The notes under the pieces: generated by a model | Database searches by the model: none | What the model was told of the DNA's origin: nothing | What the model saw: the letters and a program-made list of their open reading frames with translations, nothing else | DNA from: Chitinophagaceae bacterium | GTDB lineage: Bacteria > Bacteroidota > Bacteroidia > Chitinophagales > UBA10324 | DNA: 64,000 nucleotides | Reading direction: 5' to 3' | Assembly: GCA_016704325.1 (NCBI GenBank) | Contig: JADJAG010000005.1 | Location: 135,860-199,859 of the forward strand | Program-made: the position numbers and the translations under genes | Part shown: positions 61,912 to 64,000 of the stretch, one piece after another | Position numbering within the stretch: the first letter of the stretch is position 1 | Layout of the letters: each line of letters begins with the position of its first letter

Positions 61912-62061
61912 TGGCTTTAGTTTAAGTTTGCAGTTTCAAAGGTCTTCAATATGCAAATCAGGTGTTTCTATTTTTGTAAAGAAAGTGAAATGGTTGGCTG
62001 ATTGATCATTGTTTTTGAAACAGTACTATTTTAAATCGTTTGACTAACTAAAAACTACTTC

Positions 62062-62409
62062 ATGAAAATATACCTGCTGATTGTGAGCGCCATGCTGTTA
62101 TTGGACGCTAAAAGTTGTGATAAAAAGGCGATTTCCACAACGCCGGAGTGCATCCTGCAAATGATTGCCGAACTTCAAAATAAACCAAAACAAAATCCCG
62201 CTGCTTCCATTTATCAGTATGACTACCAGGGACAGAAAGTATATTATGTGAATGCACCATGCTGTGATCAATGGAATAAATTGTACACTGCCGATTGCAC
62301 GGTCCTTTGTCATCCCGATGGTGGAATTACCGGAAAAGGTGATGGCAAATGCACTGACTTTAACAATTCAAAAACTAATGAAGTATTAATCTGGAAAGAT
62401 GATCGTTGA
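62062..62409 (+). CDS. Hypothetical small secreted Cys-rich protein.
   Basis: A signal-like N-terminus is present, and the six conserved-looking Cys residues include the pair in APCCDQW. Confidence 0.5.
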   Translation: MKIYLLIVSAMLLLDAKSCDKKAISTTPECILQMIAELQNKPKQNPAASIYQYDYQGQKVYYVNAPCCDQWNKLYTADCTVLCHPDGGITGKGDGKCTDFNNSKTNEVLIWKDDR

Positions 62410-62414
62410 TTCAA

Positions 62415-62475
62415 CAGTTAAACAGTTTAGCCATTTAACCATTTAACCATTCAGCCATTCAACCATTTTACCATG
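62415..62475. repeat. An 8-mer microsatellite with seven units of CCATTTAA-like sequence, the reverse complement of the GGTTAAAT word of MITE family A.
   Basis: The units are cagttaaa, cagtttag, ccatttaa, ccatttaa, ccattcag, ccattcaa and ccatttta. Confidence 0.8.
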
Positions 62476-62552
62476 TAATCATCCCCACATCTCAACCCAC
62501 ACTCTAAAAGCAAAACTTTTCCTACTTTTATTTCACAAATCAACAATACCCC

Positions 62553-62939
62553 ATGATTACCAAGATCACCGAAGGCGTTAAAATTTCGGTAGAAACTTTT
62601 TACCAGGATGAATACTCGCAGCCATTGAACAATGAGTTCATGTTTGCCTACCGCATTACCATTGAAAATGGAAGTGACCGGACCGTGAAGCTTTTGCGTC
62701 GTCACTGGTACATTTTTGATTCCTGCGGAATTACCAGGGAGGTAGAAGGTGAAGGTGTTGTTGGACTGCAACCGGTGATTGAACCGGGCAAATCGCATCA
62801 ATATGTTTCAGGTTCCCACCTGAAAACAGAGATGGGCCGCATGCATGGAACGTACCTGATGGAACGTATGGTAGATGGGAAACAGTTTTATGTTAACATC
62901 CCGGAATTTCAACTGGTAGCTCCTTTTAAGTTGAATTGA
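62553..62939 (+). CDS. apaG: ApaG (DUF525) protein.
   Basis: The 128-aa product has ...FAYRITIENGSDRTVKLLRRHWYIFDSCG...EGEGVVGLQPVIEPG..., the ApaG signature. Confidence 0.88.
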   Translation: MITKITEGVKISVETFYQDEYSQPLNNEFMFAYRITIENGSDRTVKLLRRHWYIFDSCGITREVEGEGVVGLQPVIEPGKSHQYVSGSHLKTEMGRMHGTYLMERMVDGKQFYVNIPEFQLVAPFKLN

Positions 62940-63037
62940 ACGAATACGGGAACCGATTCAATTTGCAGCACAACTTTCTTAATAATGAAAAAAATATCCT
63001 TTGTGCTGCAACGGCCTTTCGCAATTGACAAATACAG

Positions 63038-63111
63038 TGGGCCCACCAGGACTTGAACCTGGGACCTGCGGATTATGAGTCCGACGCTCTAACCAACTGA
63101 GCTATAGGCCC
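63038..63111 (-). tRNA. tRNA with anticodon CAU. It is an elongator Met or a lysidine-modified Ile2, not an initiator.
   Basis: The reverse complement is GGGCCTATAGCTCAGTTGGTTAGAGCGTCGGACTCATAATCCGCAGGTCCCAGGTTCAAGTCCTGGTGGGCCCA. It folds as a 74-nt cloverleaf with a 7-bp acceptor stem (one G-U pair), a paired 1:72 position, and no GGG/CCC at the base of the anticodon stem. Confidence 0.9.
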
Positions 63112-63205
63112 TGCATTTTACATCTTGTTAATGTAAAACGGGGCAAATTTAACATTCTCAGCATAGAATGGAAAATTGAATTTTGTGCCTTCCGTTTATA
63201 TAGCA

Positions 63206-63284
63206 GCAATTTAACCATTTAGCCATTTAACAATTTAACCCACCAACCATTGCTTAACATGCTAAACGATATGTAGTACACCCC
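63206..63284 (-). mobile_element. Half copy (one arm) of MITE family A.
   Basis: gcaatttaaccatttagccatttaacaatttaacccaccaaccattgcttaacatgc...gtagtacacccc parallels 56661-56739. The opposite arm is missing. Confidence 0.65.
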
Positions 63285-63347
63285 ACTGTTTCGGCATAAT
63301 GGATATGGAGGGGTAAAAATTATCTTTGACAATTCAAAAATTGATCC

Positions 63348-63980
63348 ATGCGTAATCAGCCTGCTATTCGTAACATTATTTTCGATTACGGTGGTGTTAT
63401 TGTTGACCTGTATCCTCAACGAACGGAGAATGCTTTCAGTGAGCTCGGTATTGTGGATTTCAACAGGCACTTTAACATATTGAAGCAAACCACTTTATTC
63501 GACAGGCTGGAAACCGGAAAAGTGACTGCTTCTGAATTCAGGAATCAACTGAACCTCGCACTCCATGCAAATTTCACCGATCAGCAGATAGACGATGCCT
63601 GGAATGCCATGCTTGGTGGCATTCGTAAAGAGAAGTTTGATTTATTACAGGAAGTGAAAAGCAATTACAGGACTTTCCTGTTAAGTAATACTAACTGCAT
63701 CCACCTGGAAAAACTCACCGGTTACCTGATGGAAGCACATGGTCGCCATGACCTTGATGCTTTTTTTGAGAATGTATATTATTCATTCTTGGTAGGCCTC
63801 AGAAAACCTGATGCTGCGATTTTCCTTAAAGTAATCCGTGACAATAACCTGTTGCCCGGGGAAACATTATTTATTGATGACAGTCCGCAGCATGTTGCAG
63901 GAGCCAAAGCCGCAGGATTACAGGCTTTGCTTTTTCCTGCCGGAGATGATTTGCGTTTGTTTCTCAGCAAGCACTTATAG
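63348..63980 (+). CDS. HAD-superfamily hydrolase (subfamily IA-like).
   Basis: Motif I is IIFDYGGVIV, motif II is LLSNT, and motifs III/IV are ...K.......LFIDDSPQHVAGAKAAG. Confidence 0.85.
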   Translation: MRNQPAIRNIIFDYGGVIVDLYPQRTENAFSELGIVDFNRHFNILKQTTLFDRLETGKVTASEFRNQLNLALHANFTDQQIDDAWNAMLGGIRKEKFDLLQEVKSNYRTFLLSNTNCIHLEKLTGYLMEAHGRHDLDAFFENVYYSFLVGLRKPDAAIFLKVIRDNNLLPGETLFIDDSPQHVAGAKAAGLQALLFPAGDDLRLFLSKHL

Positions 63981-64000
63981 TCATACACCAGGATGCATGA

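Noticed and set aside
63038-63111. The tRNA(CAU) as the initiator tRNA-fMet.
   Set aside because: Position 1:72 is a G-C pair, and the anticodon stem lacks the three consecutive G-C pairs next to the loop. It is an elongator Met or a lysidine-dependent Ile2, and sequence alone cannot distinguish these.

Overview
This 64 kb chromosomal window comes from a Bacteroidota genome. The markers are T9SS type A and type B sorting domains, GldC, PorP/SprF, an IPExxxVDY protein beside acpP-fabF-rnc, and ECF sigma/anti-sigma pairs. Most of it is ordinary housekeeping and envelope content: rnc-fabF-acpP, kup, pirin, nhaD, an HDAC-like gene, gldC, nrdB-nrdA, an ABC ATPase plus permease-M1-peptidase fusion with a LytS/LytTR pair, sprF plus a 1180-aa adhesin, DPP-IV, a POT peptide transporter, a 2021-aa alpha-2-macroglobulin, thiL, apaG and one tRNA(CAU). 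The stand-out is a co-directional accessory island of about 8 kb (2108-10149) between an SBBP-repeat gene and rnc. It encodes an NDT/TIR-like protein, a 2TM-CBS-pair protein, a TIR-TIR-SLOG protein, a DUF4407-like membrane coiled-coil protein whose frame runs into a TPR-ABC-type ATPase, and a further TIR-like protein. This looks like a Thoeris-like nucleotide-signalling conflict locus, but it has no SIR2, Macro, CD-NTase or cyclase partner. As far as I know it is not an experimentally characterised system. Major caveat: the assembly carries at least ten single-base frameshifts, apparently all at short homopolymers, and these include the housekeeping genes nrdA and rnc. Split ORFs, including those in the island, are therefore most likely sequencing errors rather than decay. 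The intergenic space is saturated with short repeat families: two related MITE families with 8-bp target-site duplications, 8-mer and 7-mer microsatellite arrays, 137-bp and 88-bp tandem arrays, REP-like hairpins and a quartet of 15-bp palindromes. I saw no CRISPR array, rRNA, integrase or transposase.
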